Shown here in pieces: positions 29,479 through 38,732 of a stretch of 64,000 bases of DNA. Numbering within the stretch: position 1 is the stretch's first letter; every line of letters starts with the position of its first letter. The translations under genes and the position numbers were made by a program. The notes below the pieces were generated by a model, which did no database searches, was not told the DNA's origin, and was given only the letters and a program-made list of their open reading frames with translations. The DNA comes from an uncultured virus (IMG/VR IMGVR_UViG_3300011215_000001) (lineage: Duplodnaviria > Heunggongvirae > Uroviricota > Caudoviricetes), in the IMG/VR virus record IMGVR_UViG_3300011215_000001. One strand, written 5' to 3'.

Positions 29479-29503
29479 TAAGGGTAGTTAATAACTACCC
29501 TTA
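29479..29503 (-). terminator. Hairpin terminator
   Basis: TAAGGGTAGTT / AACTACCCTTA. Confidence 0.65.
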
Positions 29504-29513
29504 CACATTTTCC

Positions 29514-30092
29514 TTATGCTTTGTAATCTGATTTAGCTTTCTTCTTAGCGTAATCCTTTAGTAACGCAACTAAGTGTGAAAATGCTAGCTCTGGGAAACC
29601 TTCATCAATATATTCATATAACTCAACAATGTCTTCTTGTTCGAAGAATTCATATTCTTGCAACTGAGCTGTAAGTAAAGAAATAATATATTTGAGAGTT
29701 GTTTCAGTATGATTAATTTCATGGTCTTTTTGGTTTTCAATAACTTTCAAGCAAGAAGACTCTAGTGTGTTGTAGAATTCATCAATAGCTCTTAGTAGTA
29801 AGTCAATTTCTTCTACTTCTTCTGTATCTTCATTATCAAATTCAACCTCATCATACTCTTCTTCTCCTTCGAAAAGACCTAAATCATATTCAATTTTTTC
29901 TTCTTTAACGAAGCTTTGTTTAAAGATTGATTCTTTCTTGCGGAAAATACCAGTGCCATAATCACCTTGTACTTTGTAGCATTTCTTGCCATCTTCATTG
30001 CGGAAAGTTTCATAAGCATACTGTTCTCCTTCTTTGTACACTACCATCCCTGCAACTACTACATCCTTAACGCATAATAAATATTTAGTCAT
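29514..30092 (-). CDS. Acidic hypothetical protein
   Basis: 192-aa ORF with RBS. Confidence 0.6.
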   Translation of the reverse strand: MTKYLLCVKDVVVAGMVVYKEGEQYAYETFRNEDGKKCYKVQGDYGTGIFRKKESIFKQSFVKEEKIEYDLGLFEGEEEYDEVEFDNEDTEEVEEIDLLLRAIDEFYNTLESSCLKVIENQKDHEINHTETTLKYIISLLTAQLQEYEFFEQEDIVELYEYIDEGFPELAFSHLVALLKDYAKKKAKSDYKA

Positions 30093-30108
30093 TTTATTTT
30101 CCCCTATC

Positions 30109-30124
30109 TACTTTATTTAGTATT
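30109..30124 (-). promoter_or_regulatory. Element A (AATACTAAATAAAGTA), exact
   Basis: Overlaps the stop of the PcfJ gene and precedes the next RBS. Confidence 0.8.
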
Positions 30125-31462
30125 AATGTTGAATTTTTTATAAAACATATCAAGTATTTCTTGCTCTTTTTCCTTTGGTGCGTAATTGAATTTTCTTCTA
30201 GCCTGTACTAACCTGTTATCTTTCAGCTCAATTGTTACTAATGATTCCTCAATTGCATCTGCTTTTCTTAAGAACAAAACAACAGAAGTCCCATGTGCAA
30301 CTTTTTTAGTATAAGAACCTACACAATGTCCAAGATTGTTCCCCTCTTTTACAAGCTCTTCTGGCTCTTTAGGAGGGAAAATTTTATACCCCTTGTTTGC
30401 GTAGCAGTATTGCATATTACTTTCATAAGAAACATTCCACTTTTCTTTCATAATTGCATCAAGCTTAACTTTATAATTCTTGCTTGCAATGTCATGAAGA
30501 GTCTTAAGAAAGCGTGGATATTTTTCAATTCTATAGTTCTCCATTTCGAAATTCATACGAATGTAATCTCTGTAAATTCCGATTGTATTAGAAGGTGAAT
30601 CTAAACCTTGAGAAGCTTCACACTCGAAATAAATATATCTAATAAGTTTTTTATGATTAAATTTTAATTCATCTGCAACTTTTAAAGTAGAACCATATGT
30701 ATTGTAGCGTGAATGTTTTGGACTCATATACAAATAATTTAGTTCATTACTAACAAAATCTTTTAACTTATCAAAACCAAATTCTTCTTCCAAAGATTGA
30801 ATGTAATCTAAATAACCAATTGCTAATACATCTTTTTCTTTACTGTCTCTATAGTGGGATGGAATCGACTGAAATTCATCAACACCAATGTTGTATTTTG
30901 ATATCATTTTCCATTGAGTTTTAGTTAGTCCTAATATTTCATATGGATTTTTACCATCTTTATTTACGATTTTAGGTAATCCAACACTATTATATCCATC
31001 TTTAATGAGGTTACATTTAAACAATATTTCAAAGTAACTATGGCTTTCGATTAATCTTGTCAAAAATCTACCAACCAATTCACTTCTTTCAAGTCCCATT
31101 GCTCCAAGGTATTTCTTGGCTACCTTATACATCCTTTGATTGCTTTCGGTAGAAATAAAATCTAGTATTGAAGTGCCACTATCACCAAAAATTGTGTCTA
31201 CGTTTCTACTGCTAAAGGCAACATCTTTAGTATTTCGTTTAATCCAATACTCTTTATTCCTTAAGTCGTAGTATATTTCTGAGACTAACTGGTTAGCTGT
31301 GCTACTTGCATCTGGATTATGTATAAAGTAAAAATGGAATCCATATGGCTTTTTAGATACTAGATAAACTGTACCTAGTTTAGTTGTGTATGTTTCATAG
31401 TTTTCATTCTTAATAAAATCAATAAGCTCATTCACTTTATCAAGAAGCCTTACTCTCCCCAT
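30113..31462 (-). CDS. PcfJ-domain protein
   Basis: YRDY..M, P..LK..HD, EG..LGHCVGSY, LFLRK, TIE, Q.R...N. Confidence 0.85.
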   Translation of the reverse strand: MGRVRLLDKVNELIDFIKNENYETYTTKLGTVYLVSKKPYGFHFYFIHNPDASSTANQLVSEIYYDLRNKEYWIKRNTKDVAFSSRNVDTIFGDSGTSILDFISTESNQRMYKVAKKYLGAMGLERSELVGRFLTRLIESHSYFEILFKCNLIKDGYNSVGLPKIVNKDGKNPYEILGLTKTQWKMISKYNIGVDEFQSIPSHYRDSKEKDVLAIGYLDYIQSLEEEFGFDKLKDFVSNELNYLYMSPKHSRYNTYGSTLKVADELKFNHKKLIRYIYFECEASQGLDSPSNTIGIYRDYIRMNFEMENYRIEKYPRFLKTLHDIASKNYKVKLDAIMKEKWNVSYESNMQYCYANKGYKIFPPKEPEELVKEGNNLGHCVGSYTKKVAHGTSVVLFLRKADAIEESLVTIELKDNRLVQARRKFNYAPKEKEQEILDMFYKKFNINTK

Positions 31463-31483
31463 CTATCTCTCCTTCTGTAGCAT

Positions 31484-31519
31484 AATATCTAAATGAAACT
31501 ACGATTTCATTTAGATATT
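31484..31519. repeat. Perfect 15-bp inverted repeat whose core is element B (ATGAAA-N6-TTTCAT)
   Basis: AATATCTAAATGAAA-CTACGA-TTTCATTTAGATATT. Confidence 0.75.
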
Positions 31520-31590
31520 TGTATAGCAAAACATTGAAGAAAGTAAGAGTAAATCTAGGATTTTTCTCATTTCTAAGTTTCATTATACGC

Positions 31591-31606
31591 TACTTTATTA
31601 AGTATT
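31591..31606 (-). promoter_or_regulatory. Element A, 1 mismatch, just upstream of a TATAAT
   Basis: AATACTTAATAAAGTA-GCG-TATAAT on -. Confidence 0.7.
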
Positions 31607-31638
31607 CATAGTAATAATTAAATTACAAAATTTTCAGT

Positions 31639-31980
31639 TTATTTATAAATGCCATTCAAGCGAAGTCTTGATTGAGTTTCATTTATGTATAGATTAATTA
31701 ACCTATCAGAAAATAATTCATTCTTAATAGAACTGTACATAAAGTTCTTGAAAGCCTCCAGATTTGCTTCATGAATGGAAGTAATTTCTCTTATGCTAAC
31801 ATCAATCTTCTCGATTTTACGTTGAATCCATCCAGAAAAAATTGACAAGTTCGACACATTAAAGTCCTTATCCTTAAGAATGCTTTCAATGCTACTGATT
31901 TTTTCAGTACTTGCTACTTCGAATAATTTCACGTTAATGTTTTCTATTTGAATCTCAAATATAATGGCTTTATAATTCAT
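31639..31980 (-). CDS. Hypothetical protein
   Basis: ORF abutting the upstream gene. Confidence 0.5.
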   Translation of the reverse strand: MNYKAIIFEIQIENINVKLFEVASTEKISSIESILKDKDFNVSNLSIFSGWIQRKIEKIDVSIREITSIHEANLEAFKNFMYSSIKNELFSDRLINLYINETQSRLRLNGIYK

Positions 31981-32276
31981 TACAATTCATCCTTGCTTTC
32001 GAAATTTGGATATTTTGGGTTTAATAATCCACCTCTAGTATCCATAACAAATCCTTCTGGGATGATTGGTTGAGGCTCTACCTTCTCCCATTGAGCAGTT
32101 AACTCATGATAACTACATCCTAATGTTTGACCTCTCATAATCCCTGCAAAGTTCCCTTTTTCATCGATGTCCACTTTATACATCATTACTGAATATCCAA
32201 ATGTAGAATAAACTACATGTCCATATACTTTCTCTTCGTCAGCTTTAGAGACTACTACATCACCATAATCAATCAT
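31980..32276 (-). CDS. Hypothetical protein
   Basis: ORF overlapping the rnh stop. Confidence 0.55.
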   Translation of the reverse strand: MIDYGDVVVSKADEEKVYGHVVYSTFGYSVMMYKVDIDEKGNFAGIMRGQTLGCSYHELTAQWEKVEPQPIIPEGFVMDTRGGLLNPKYPNFESKDEL

Positions 32277-33099
32277 TAGCTACCTTACCTCTATTCTGCT
32301 TAGATTCTTCAAGCCCTTGTTTTGCTAATTTATCTGCAAGTTCGTTGTAATATACCTTGCTATGTCCAGTAGTCTTATTAAAAGAAATGTCTAGGAAATT
32401 ATCATTTATAACTGCCAGTAGCTCTTTCCATACATCAACATTTTCAACTGGTTTTTTCTTCGAATTCTTCCAACCATTCATTAACCAATTGTCATACCAT
32501 TTTTCGTTCATACAATTTACTAGGTATGCTGAATCTGAAAATACTTGGATTTTGTGTTTAACTTCATTACCTTTTCCAACTATTCTTTTTAGTCCTTCAA
32601 CAACAGACTTTATTTCTTCTCTTTGATTAGTAGAGTGTTCGCCAATGTCACTAGCCCCCCACCCTGTCAACGTTTTTGAGTCATCACAGTATTTAGCATT
32701 TAAATCAACACCATCGAAATCACCAAAAAGCAATACATATCCATGACCACCACAGCCTTTGTAATCTCCATTGTTAATCGAAGAACCATCTGTCCAAATA
32801 TGTATTTGTTTTTTATTTAGCATTGGTTGGGGTTTTACTACTTTTTCTTCTGCAATTTTTGAGAAAAAGTATTTTTTCTTTTCTGTGAAATATGATGAGC
32901 ATAAATCATATAATTCGTCTTCTGGATTGAATACACTCATCATTTCATCGTAATGTTCGTTTAAAAATTGCAATTCTTCTTTAGTGAAAACACCTAAATC
33001 AATAGCAATTTTTTCTCTTTCTACCCAGTTTGATAAAGCTAGAACCATTATGATAAATTCACTGATTTCACGCTTATTTGCTTTTTTAATATTGTACAT
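32269..33099 (-). CDS. rnhA: Ribonuclease HI with N-terminal extension
   Basis: WTDGS, TNQREEI, SDSAY, W..NGWK...KPVEN.D.W, GHS...YNELADKLA. Confidence 0.92.
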   Translation of the reverse strand: MYNIKKANKREISEFIIMVLALSNWVEREKIAIDLGVFTKEELQFLNEHYDEMMSVFNPEDELYDLCSSYFTEKKKYFFSKIAEEKVVKPQPMLNKKQIHIWTDGSSINNGDYKGCGGHGYVLLFGDFDGVDLNAKYCDDSKTLTGWGASDIGEHSTNQREEIKSVVEGLKRIVGKGNEVKHKIQVFSDSAYLVNCMNEKWYDNWLMNGWKNSKKKPVENVDVWKELLAVINDNFLDISFNKTTGHSKVYYNELADKLAKQGLEESKQNRGKVAND

Positions 33100-33118
33100 T
33101 TTTAATTAATCACCTATT

Positions 33119-33802
33119 TTAGCACAACGCAACTACAGACTTGCATACATGCCTTTTTTGCGTTTTTATATTGAATAGCTTTCTACCTTCCACTTTTAAA
33201 TTGTAGTTTTGCTCACTAATATGTTTTCTTATGTCTTTTTTATTTAGCTTACATCTTTTCTTTAAAAGATTAGTATAAATATCAACTGACTCTGTTACAC
33301 GTTTTTCTAGACTTAAGACTTTATTAATCAATTCTTCTTCTAATTTTTCAAGTCTTTTTATTTCAGCGAAATGCATTTCTAGCAATTCTTCTTTACTGAA
33401 TTCTATACCCTTTTTTCTTTTTTCGTTAATCTCATTAGTGATGGGTGTATATATTATGGATTCATACTTATTAATTGTGACTATTGTTTTCAAGTCTGGT
33501 GACAAGTATATTCCATGCTTCTCACAAGCATATAGGACATTAACTCTTCCATCATAAGATAATACTGTTCCAATCCTTACAGCTCTTTTTAATAACTCTT
33601 TAACATTTCTTGTAGCAACTACAATGTCCTTTTCTCTTTCGAAAATCTCATTGTAACGTTCAAACGCATGAGATGATAATGTTATGTTTTTTATGTATAT
33701 GTTCTTTTTTATTTTTTCATGTTTTAATACTTGAATCATTTCTCTGATATGTTTGTTTAAATCTTTCTCACGCTCACCTTTCCCTGTCACGTACCTATAC
33801 AT
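33119..33802 (-). CDS. Hypothetical protein with HA.ER motif and coiled coil
   Basis: LSSHAFERY...TIVTI. Confidence 0.55.
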   Translation of the reverse strand: MYRYVTGKGEREKDLNKHIREMIQVLKHEKIKKNIYIKNITLSSHAFERYNEIFEREKDIVVATRNVKELLKRAVRIGTVLSYDGRVNVLYACEKHGIYLSPDLKTIVTINKYESIIYTPITNEINEKRKKGIEFSKEELLEMHFAEIKRLEKLEEELINKVLSLEKRVTESVDIYTNLLKKRCKLNKKDIRKHISEQNYNLKVEGRKLFNIKTQKRHVCKSVVALC

Positions 33803-33830
33803 TTATTCACCACCTTATACCTTTAAAATA

Positions 33831-33859
33831 ATTATAATACTTTATTGAGTATTTGTCTA
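33831..33859 (-). promoter_or_regulatory. Sigma-A promoter whose spacer is element A
   Basis: TAGACA-AATACTCAATAAAGTAT-TATAAT. Confidence 0.8.
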
Positions 33860-33862
33860 GCT

Positions 33863-33891
33863 TAATAGCACAGAAATAATCTGTGCTATTA
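33863..33891 (-). terminator. Hairpin after DHFR
   Basis: TAATAGCACAGA / TCTGTGCTATTA. Confidence 0.6.
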
Positions 33892-33902
33892 CATTTTTTA
33901 TG

Positions 33903-34406
33903 TTATTTTCTACTATAAGTAATAGTTACAAATCTATGGTCATCTTCAAGCTCTTCATTTGTATCAAACATGTCCGATTCTTCTACATTCCATATTTCTT
34001 TATCTATATCAATAAAGTAAGTATCTGCCAATTCAGATTTTGATAATACTTTAGTTAAGTAAATTTTCGAATAATGTTTCTCAAATTGTTTATATACTTC
34101 TTCTCCACCGATTACAAAAATTTGATTAGATGGATACATAAGATTATACTTTAAAATCACATCTATATCTGTAATAGGTACAATACCTTCTATACCTATT
34201 AAACTCTCTGGATTCTTTGTAAGAACAAAGTTAAGTCTATTTTTCAGTGGTTTACCAATGCTTTCAAAAGTTTTTCTACCCATAACTACACTATGACCAG
34301 TAGTTAGTTCAACAAATCTTTTCATATCAGATTTAATATTGAAAAGTAGTTTGTTTTGGAAACCAATTGCATTATTCATATCAACACAAGCTATAGCATT
34401 AATCAT
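33903..34406 (-). CDS. dfrA: Dihydrofolate reductase
   Basis: AIG..NKL, DMKRF..LT, MGRKTFESIGKPL.NR, IGGEEVY. Confidence 0.95.
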   Translation of the reverse strand: MINAIACVDMNNAIGFQNKLLFNIKSDMKRFVELTTGHSVVMGRKTFESIGKPLKNRLNFVLTKNPESLIGIEGIVPITDIDVILKYNLMYPSNQIFVIGGEEVYKQFEKHYSKIYLTKVLSKSELADTYFIDIDKEIWNVEESDMFDTNEELEDDHRFVTITYSRK

Positions 34407-35308
34407 TAGACAACCACCTCATATTTAATCTTCTCTCCATACTCATAGTTCAATAATTTAAAATCATCAATTGTAAAATCATAAAAGTTTTTTACATTGG
34501 GATTAATAAATAATTTTGGAGCATTATATGTTTCTCTTGAAATTTGTTCTTGAATATCTTCAATATGTCTTTCATATACATGTGCATCACCAATATGATA
34601 TATGTATTCCCCTAGCTCATAACCAAGGACTTGTGCAATCATTCTCTGTAAAACATTGTATTGAAAAATATTAAATGGATTACCTAATGCCATATCATTA
34701 CTTCTACAGCGTACTTCTAAATGTAGTCTATTCCCTTTTACATGCCACTGAGTTTCATAGACACATGGAGTAAGTGACATTTCATCTAATTCATCTGGAT
34801 TCCATAACATTGTAATATGTCTTTTCGATGCAGGGTTATTTCTTAATTGATGTATTAAGTAATCAACTTGGTCTGCTACCAATTTAGCTTCTACTGTTGT
34901 ACTTGTAATGTCTAGATTATGGTCAAAGTATGGTATAGATTGACTTGTCATAATTGTTCTATTTTTCTTACCTAACTGATATCCATAAGCCTTACCTATA
35001 GTTCCATCTTCTTGTTCCCACTGATTCCAAATATTAACACCTTCATCTCGAAGGTCTTGAACTACATTTGATTTCTTTTGCCAAATCCATAATAGTTCTC
35101 TAATTGCTGTTTTCCAAGCTACCCATTTAGTTGTTAAAATAGGTACTTCCTTGTTGTCAAATCTCATGGATTCTCCAATGACTGAAAGAGTGTGAGCAGG
35201 TTTCCCATCTGTTTCATACTTCCCTCTCACATTCATGCCTTTGTCTGAATATCCACTGTTTAATATCTTTTCTACAACACGATTAAACTCTAAATCTGCT
35301 TTACCCAT
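34406..35308 (-). CDS. thyA: Thymidylate synthase
   Basis: IGKAYGYQ, M.LTPC, RSNDMALGNPFN..QY, GDAHVY. Confidence 0.97.
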   Translation of the reverse strand: MGKADLEFNRVVEKILNSGYSDKGMNVRGKYETDGKPAHTLSVIGESMRFDNKEVPILTTKWVAWKTAIRELLWIWQKKSNVVQDLRDEGVNIWNQWEQEDGTIGKAYGYQLGKKNRTIMTSQSIPYFDHNLDITSTTVEAKLVADQVDYLIHQLRNNPASKRHITMLWNPDELDEMSLTPCVYETQWHVKGNRLHLEVRCRSNDMALGNPFNIFQYNVLQRMIAQVLGYELGEYIYHIGDAHVYERHIEDIQEQISRETYNAPKLFINPNVKNFYDFTIDDFKLLNYEYGEKIKYEVVV

Positions 35309-35362
35309 ATTCTCTCTCCTTTAATAAAAAACAAGTGCTTTTTATTAAGCACTTGTTACAAT

Positions 35363-36223
35363 TTACTCTTTAACTACAGCAGTAGTAGCTCCTTGAATCT
35401 CAACCCAACCATGCTTTAATCTGGCTTCCATTTCCATTTTTTTCAAAAGTTCTGGAGTAATAGATTGTTGGATGATTCTATTAGATTCAGCTATCCCTCT
35501 AGCTTTTTCAATTTCAGCATCTGAGATACCCTTTGCTTCAATTAGTTGTCTATCGGCAACCTCTTGAGCTTTGTCTTTCTCAACTTTAAGTGCTTCTAGT
35601 GCTTGTTGTGCATCAACTACAGCTTGAATTGCTTGTGCTGTAGAGGCATCTGGTACTGGTGTACCTAATGTGAAATCAGAAACTGAAAACCCAGATGTTA
35701 CAACATCTTTAGTGAATTTATCTTTTATTTCTAATTGGATTTTATCTCGATTCTGGAAGATTTCTAGAATTGTATATTTAGATGTAACTGATAGAGCAGA
35801 ATCTTTTAAACGAGTTTTTAAGAATGTATTTTCAATAACTTCTGGTTTTGCACCTTTAAACTTATTGAAAATCGATACTACTTTATCTACATTATTGCTG
35901 TAGTTGAAGTCAATGCTTACAGCTAATGGTTTCCCATCTTTAGTCGCTAAAGCTAAGTCTTTATATGAAACTGTTTCTGTTGCGATAGGATATTGAGTTA
36001 CCTTTTTCCAGAACCATACAAACTTAACTCCATCATCTAGCAGTGTATCTTCAACCCCACCATTTGCACTGTAAACTACACCTACATGCCCTTGGTCAAT
36101 TTTAGTAACTGACATCAATAGCATAATAGCTAAACTAAATACAATAATAATTACTGCAATTCCACCAATAATCTTCTTTCCAGAAGCTTTAAATCCAAAT
36201 TCCTTTAATAAATCTGAAATCAT
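35363..36223 (-). CDS. SPFH/prohibitin family membrane protein
   Basis: N-terminal TM, GHVGVVY, TKDG, C-terminal EAKG..EA coil. Confidence 0.88.
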   Translation of the reverse strand: MISDLLKEFGFKASGKKIIGGIAVIIIVFSLAIMLLMSVTKIDQGHVGVVYSANGGVEDTLLDDGVKFVWFWKKVTQYPIATETVSYKDLALATKDGKPLAVSIDFNYSNNVDKVVSIFNKFKGAKPEVIENTFLKTRLKDSALSVTSKYTILEIFQNRDKIQLEIKDKFTKDVVTSGFSVSDFTLGTPVPDASTAQAIQAVVDAQQALEALKVEKDKAQEVADRQLIEAKGISDAEIEKARGIAESNRIIQQSITPELLKKMEMEARLKHGWVEIQGATTAVVKE

Positions 36224-36384
36224 TTATCTTCTTCCACCTTTTCATCTTTGTTTTCTTCGAATTTTTTCGCAAGTCCAAACATTTTATTTGCTAATTTTTC
36301 ATGAATGTTAAAACAATATAGAACTACTACTAATAAAATAGCTATAATGAATATGACCATAAAAAATACTACAAATGAATACAT
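36220..36384 (-). CDS. 54-aa membrane protein (not in ORF track)
   Basis: MYSFVVFFMVIFIIAILLVVVLYCF...; ATGA-coupled to the SPFH gene. Confidence 0.6.
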   Translation of the reverse strand: MYSFVVFFMVIFIIAILLVVVLYCFNIHEKLANKMFGLAKKFEENKDEKVEEDK

Positions 36385-36386
36385 TC

Positions 36387-36608
36387 TTATTCACCTACTG
36401 GATATAGTTTTGTTACTTGACACATCTTCTCGAACATCTTAAAGTGTGATTTTTCTAGATTTTCGTAATCTACACCTTGCTCTTCACATTCCACTTGAAG
36501 CTGTTCAAATCCTAACAATCCAACTGCAATGTTTAAAACTACTAGCTCATCTTTAGTAGTAACAATTTTATAATTATTGTTACCCTTCATTTTTGTTATT
36601 GTTGGCAT
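36387..36608 (-). CDS. Hypothetical protein
   Basis: ORF with AGGAG RBS. Confidence 0.55.
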   Translation of the reverse strand: MPTITKMKGNNNYKIVTTKDELVVLNIAVGLLGFEQLQVECEEQGVDYENLEKSHFKMFEKMCQVTKLYPVGE

Positions 36609-36629
36609 TTTAATTAATTCTCCTATCAG

Positions 36630-36986
36630 TTATGCTTTTGCTTTATATCTAACACATAGACCTTCTGTTTCTAAGAGTGCTACTATCTCTTCTGCTACAA
36701 TATAGCCTCTCGATTCAACAGCATTCACTAATTTATCTATTGCTTTGTCTCGCTTTTTGAAATTGGGTGGGGGTTCATTTACAAGGGTGTATCTAAAAAC
36801 CCCATCTCCTAAGTGCTCTTTATGTATGTTGTACCCCTCATCATATAGAGCCCCAAGATAGCCACCATAACGAATAGCTATCTTAGAAAGTTCAATGTTA
36901 GTGCAACCCTTTTGTCCACAACTTCTCAAATAATTTAGGACTTGACCTCTTTTTGTTTCAGAGAAGACCTTATTCATCCTTTTCAC
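36630..36986 (-). CDS. Winged-HTH-like protein
   Basis: VL.YL...G..G.TN.ELS.IAIRY...L..L...GY.I...G...Y.L. Confidence 0.55.
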   Translation of the reverse strand: MKRMNKVFSETKRGQVLNYLRSCGQKGCTNIELSKIAIRYGGYLGALYDEGYNIHKEHLGDGVFRYTLVNEPPPNFKKRDKAIDKLVNAVESRGYIVAEEIVALLETEGLCVRYKAKA

Positions 36987-37251
36987 CTACAAGAAAAACA
37001 GATATATTTTCTTTTAGTTTTTGATTCATTTCTAGTTCAGTTTTTGCATCATCGATATTTTTGTTTAGAGCTTCAATTTTCACACTGTCTTCTACAATTG
37101 TTTGCCCTAACATTTTATTGATATCATCGATTTCATCGTTTATATCAGAGAACATAGAAAATGCAATTCCAATTCGATTTCTTGCGTCTTGAATTTTCTC
37201 TTCTGTAGTTACATCACGATTGATATTTTTCTTTTTAAACATCCCAAACAT
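36970..37251 (-). CDS. Coiled-coil hypothetical protein
   Basis: 93 aa with heptad pattern. Confidence 0.55.
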   Translation of the reverse strand: MFGMFKKKNINRDVTTEEKIQDARNRIGIAFSMFSDINDEIDDINKMLGQTIVEDSVKIEALNKNIDDAKTELEMNQKLKENISVFLVGEKDE

Positions 37252-37262
37252 TTTATCACCTG

Positions 37263-37278
37263 TACTTTATTTAGTATT
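37263..37278 (-). promoter_or_regulatory. Element A, exact
   Basis: Between the dut stop and the next RBS. Confidence 0.8.
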
Positions 37279-37282
37279 AGTC

Positions 37283-38011
37283 TTATTTTTTAGACGAACC
37301 TAAAGCACCTATTCCTCTTTTAGATTTCATTTTCTCAAGCTTACTGTAAGGTACTACTTTAACCTTATCGTTTGCTAGAACAGGTACAACTAATTGAGCG
37401 ATAGCTTTCTCATATGGATAAACAGTACCAGTAAATCCTTGTTCATTTACTTTAATGTCTTTTTTTGCAATTGTAATAGGCTTGTTAGAACCATTAGTTA
37501 TAGCAACAAAGATTTCGCCTCTATATCCAGAATCAACTACACCTGCTTGTACAATCATTGTTTTAGAGCCAGTTGAACCACGTTCTTTTACAATCCCTAC
37601 TCTAGTTAAGTCCATTGCTGTAGCAATACCTGTTGGAATTAACTCAGTTGTGTGAGGTTGAATGATTCGATAAGGTTCATCAAAACAAGCATACAAATCA
37701 TATCCACCATCTTCATCTTCTTTGGAAGGAATAATTGCATTTTCGTTCACTTTTGCAAAATACAAAATCTTTTTGGCGTTTTGTTTACGTTTATTGTTAT
37801 ACATAGTTACAATATCTTTGTCGATTTCCCATAAGTGATGCAGTACATACTCGTTATCATTTTCAAAATGAATCATTGCATCATAGATGTTTTTCTCTGG
37901 TACAACGCTCAATTCTGTTACTACGCCACGTTTCTTAAGTTTTTTTGAATAAACCTTTTCCCCTACTTTGTAGTAGCGTCTTTTTCTTTTTGTTGTTGTT
38001 GTTGTTTCCAA
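37283..38011 (-). CDS. dut: Trimeric dUTPase with N-terminal extra domain
   Basis: GGYDL, ERGS, AGVVDSGYRGE, IAQLV, RG.GALGSS. Confidence 0.93.
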   Translation of the reverse strand: METTTTTKRKRRYYKVGEKVYSKKLKKRGVVTELSVVPEKNIYDAMIHFENDNEYVLHHLWEIDKDIVTMYNNKRKQNAKKILYFAKVNENAIIPSKEDEDGGYDLYACFDEPYRIIQPHTTELIPTGIATAMDLTRVGIVKERGSTGSKTMIVQAGVVDSGYRGEIFVAITNGSNKPITIAKKDIKVNEQGFTGTVYPYEKAIAQLVVPVLANDKVKVVPYSKLEKMKSKRGIGALGSSKK

Positions 38012-38025
38012 AATTATTCCTCCAG

Positions 38026-38041
38026 TACTTTATTTAGTATT
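38026..38041 (-). promoter_or_regulatory. Element A, exact
   Basis: Directly before the GGAGG RBS of dut. Confidence 0.8.
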
Positions 38042-38072
38042 AGTAAAATTTTAACACAGTATATGCACTGTA

Positions 38073-38303
38073 TCAATGATTATGTTTATTATTTCTATAC
38101 TCGTTTGTAGCATCTAATAGTTTTTTACCTCTTGTAGAAGCTAGTATTCCTATTGGACATGCCTTACAAACATTAGTCAATTCAGTAATTTTCTTCTGAG
38201 CGTTTAGTTCAAAGTGAATTTGACAACCTTCGCACCCTTTTAGTATATCATCTACATCAGACAATATATCTTTTCTTAAATTTAGGTACTGCTCTCTATC
38301 CAT
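38073..38303 (-). CDS. Small Cys-rich zinc-finger-like protein
   Basis: CEGC...CKACPIG. Confidence 0.55.
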   Translation of the reverse strand: MDREQYLNLRKDILSDVDDILKGCEGCQIHFELNAQKKITELTNVCKACPIGILASTRGKKLLDATNEYRNNKHNH

Positions 38304-38318
38304 ATATTTCCTCTCAAT

Positions 38319-38732
38319 CTAATTACTTCCTCTAATTTCCAGATATGCTACAACTTGCTTCATTGTTTCTTTGAAATTATCTGTTGAGAAATTAAAGTAC
38401 GTTCCATTTTCAAGTCTATTCCTTAATTCTACTAAACTTACTTCTTCTGGATACCATGAACCCTCTAAACCATAGCATGAACAATGAGTAGCATTTACCT
38501 CAAACAGCTTGCCTTCTTTTTCATAAAGAACAAAAGCTTTTCCATAGTAGTTATCGTAATCATAGTATCCAATAATAATATTGACTCCTTCAAGTTCGCC
38601 ATTACGCAATCTAAAGTCGTTCCTCAATGCTTCAATTCCTACATTGTTTCCCCATTTCGAAGAATACCAATCAGCTAAATAAATCGGAAAAATCATAGAA
38701 CTACCCCCATTAATTTTCTTTGTAAAAGTCAT
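38319..38732 (-). CDS. Hypothetical phage protein
   Basis: YDY..Y.G.AFVL...HCSCYGLE. Confidence 0.55.
   Translation of the reverse strand: MTFTKKINGGSSMIFPIYLADWYSSKWGNNVGIEALRNDFRLRNGELEGVNIIIGYYDYDNYYGKAFVLYEKEGKLFEVNATHCSCYGLEGSWYPEEVSLVELRNRLENGTYFNFSTDNFKETMKQVVAYLEIRGSN

Noticed and set aside
37991..38005. (ACA)n microsatellite at the dut start as a phase-variation tract
   Set aside because: Short, in-frame triplets encoding poly-Thr; slippage would not change the frame
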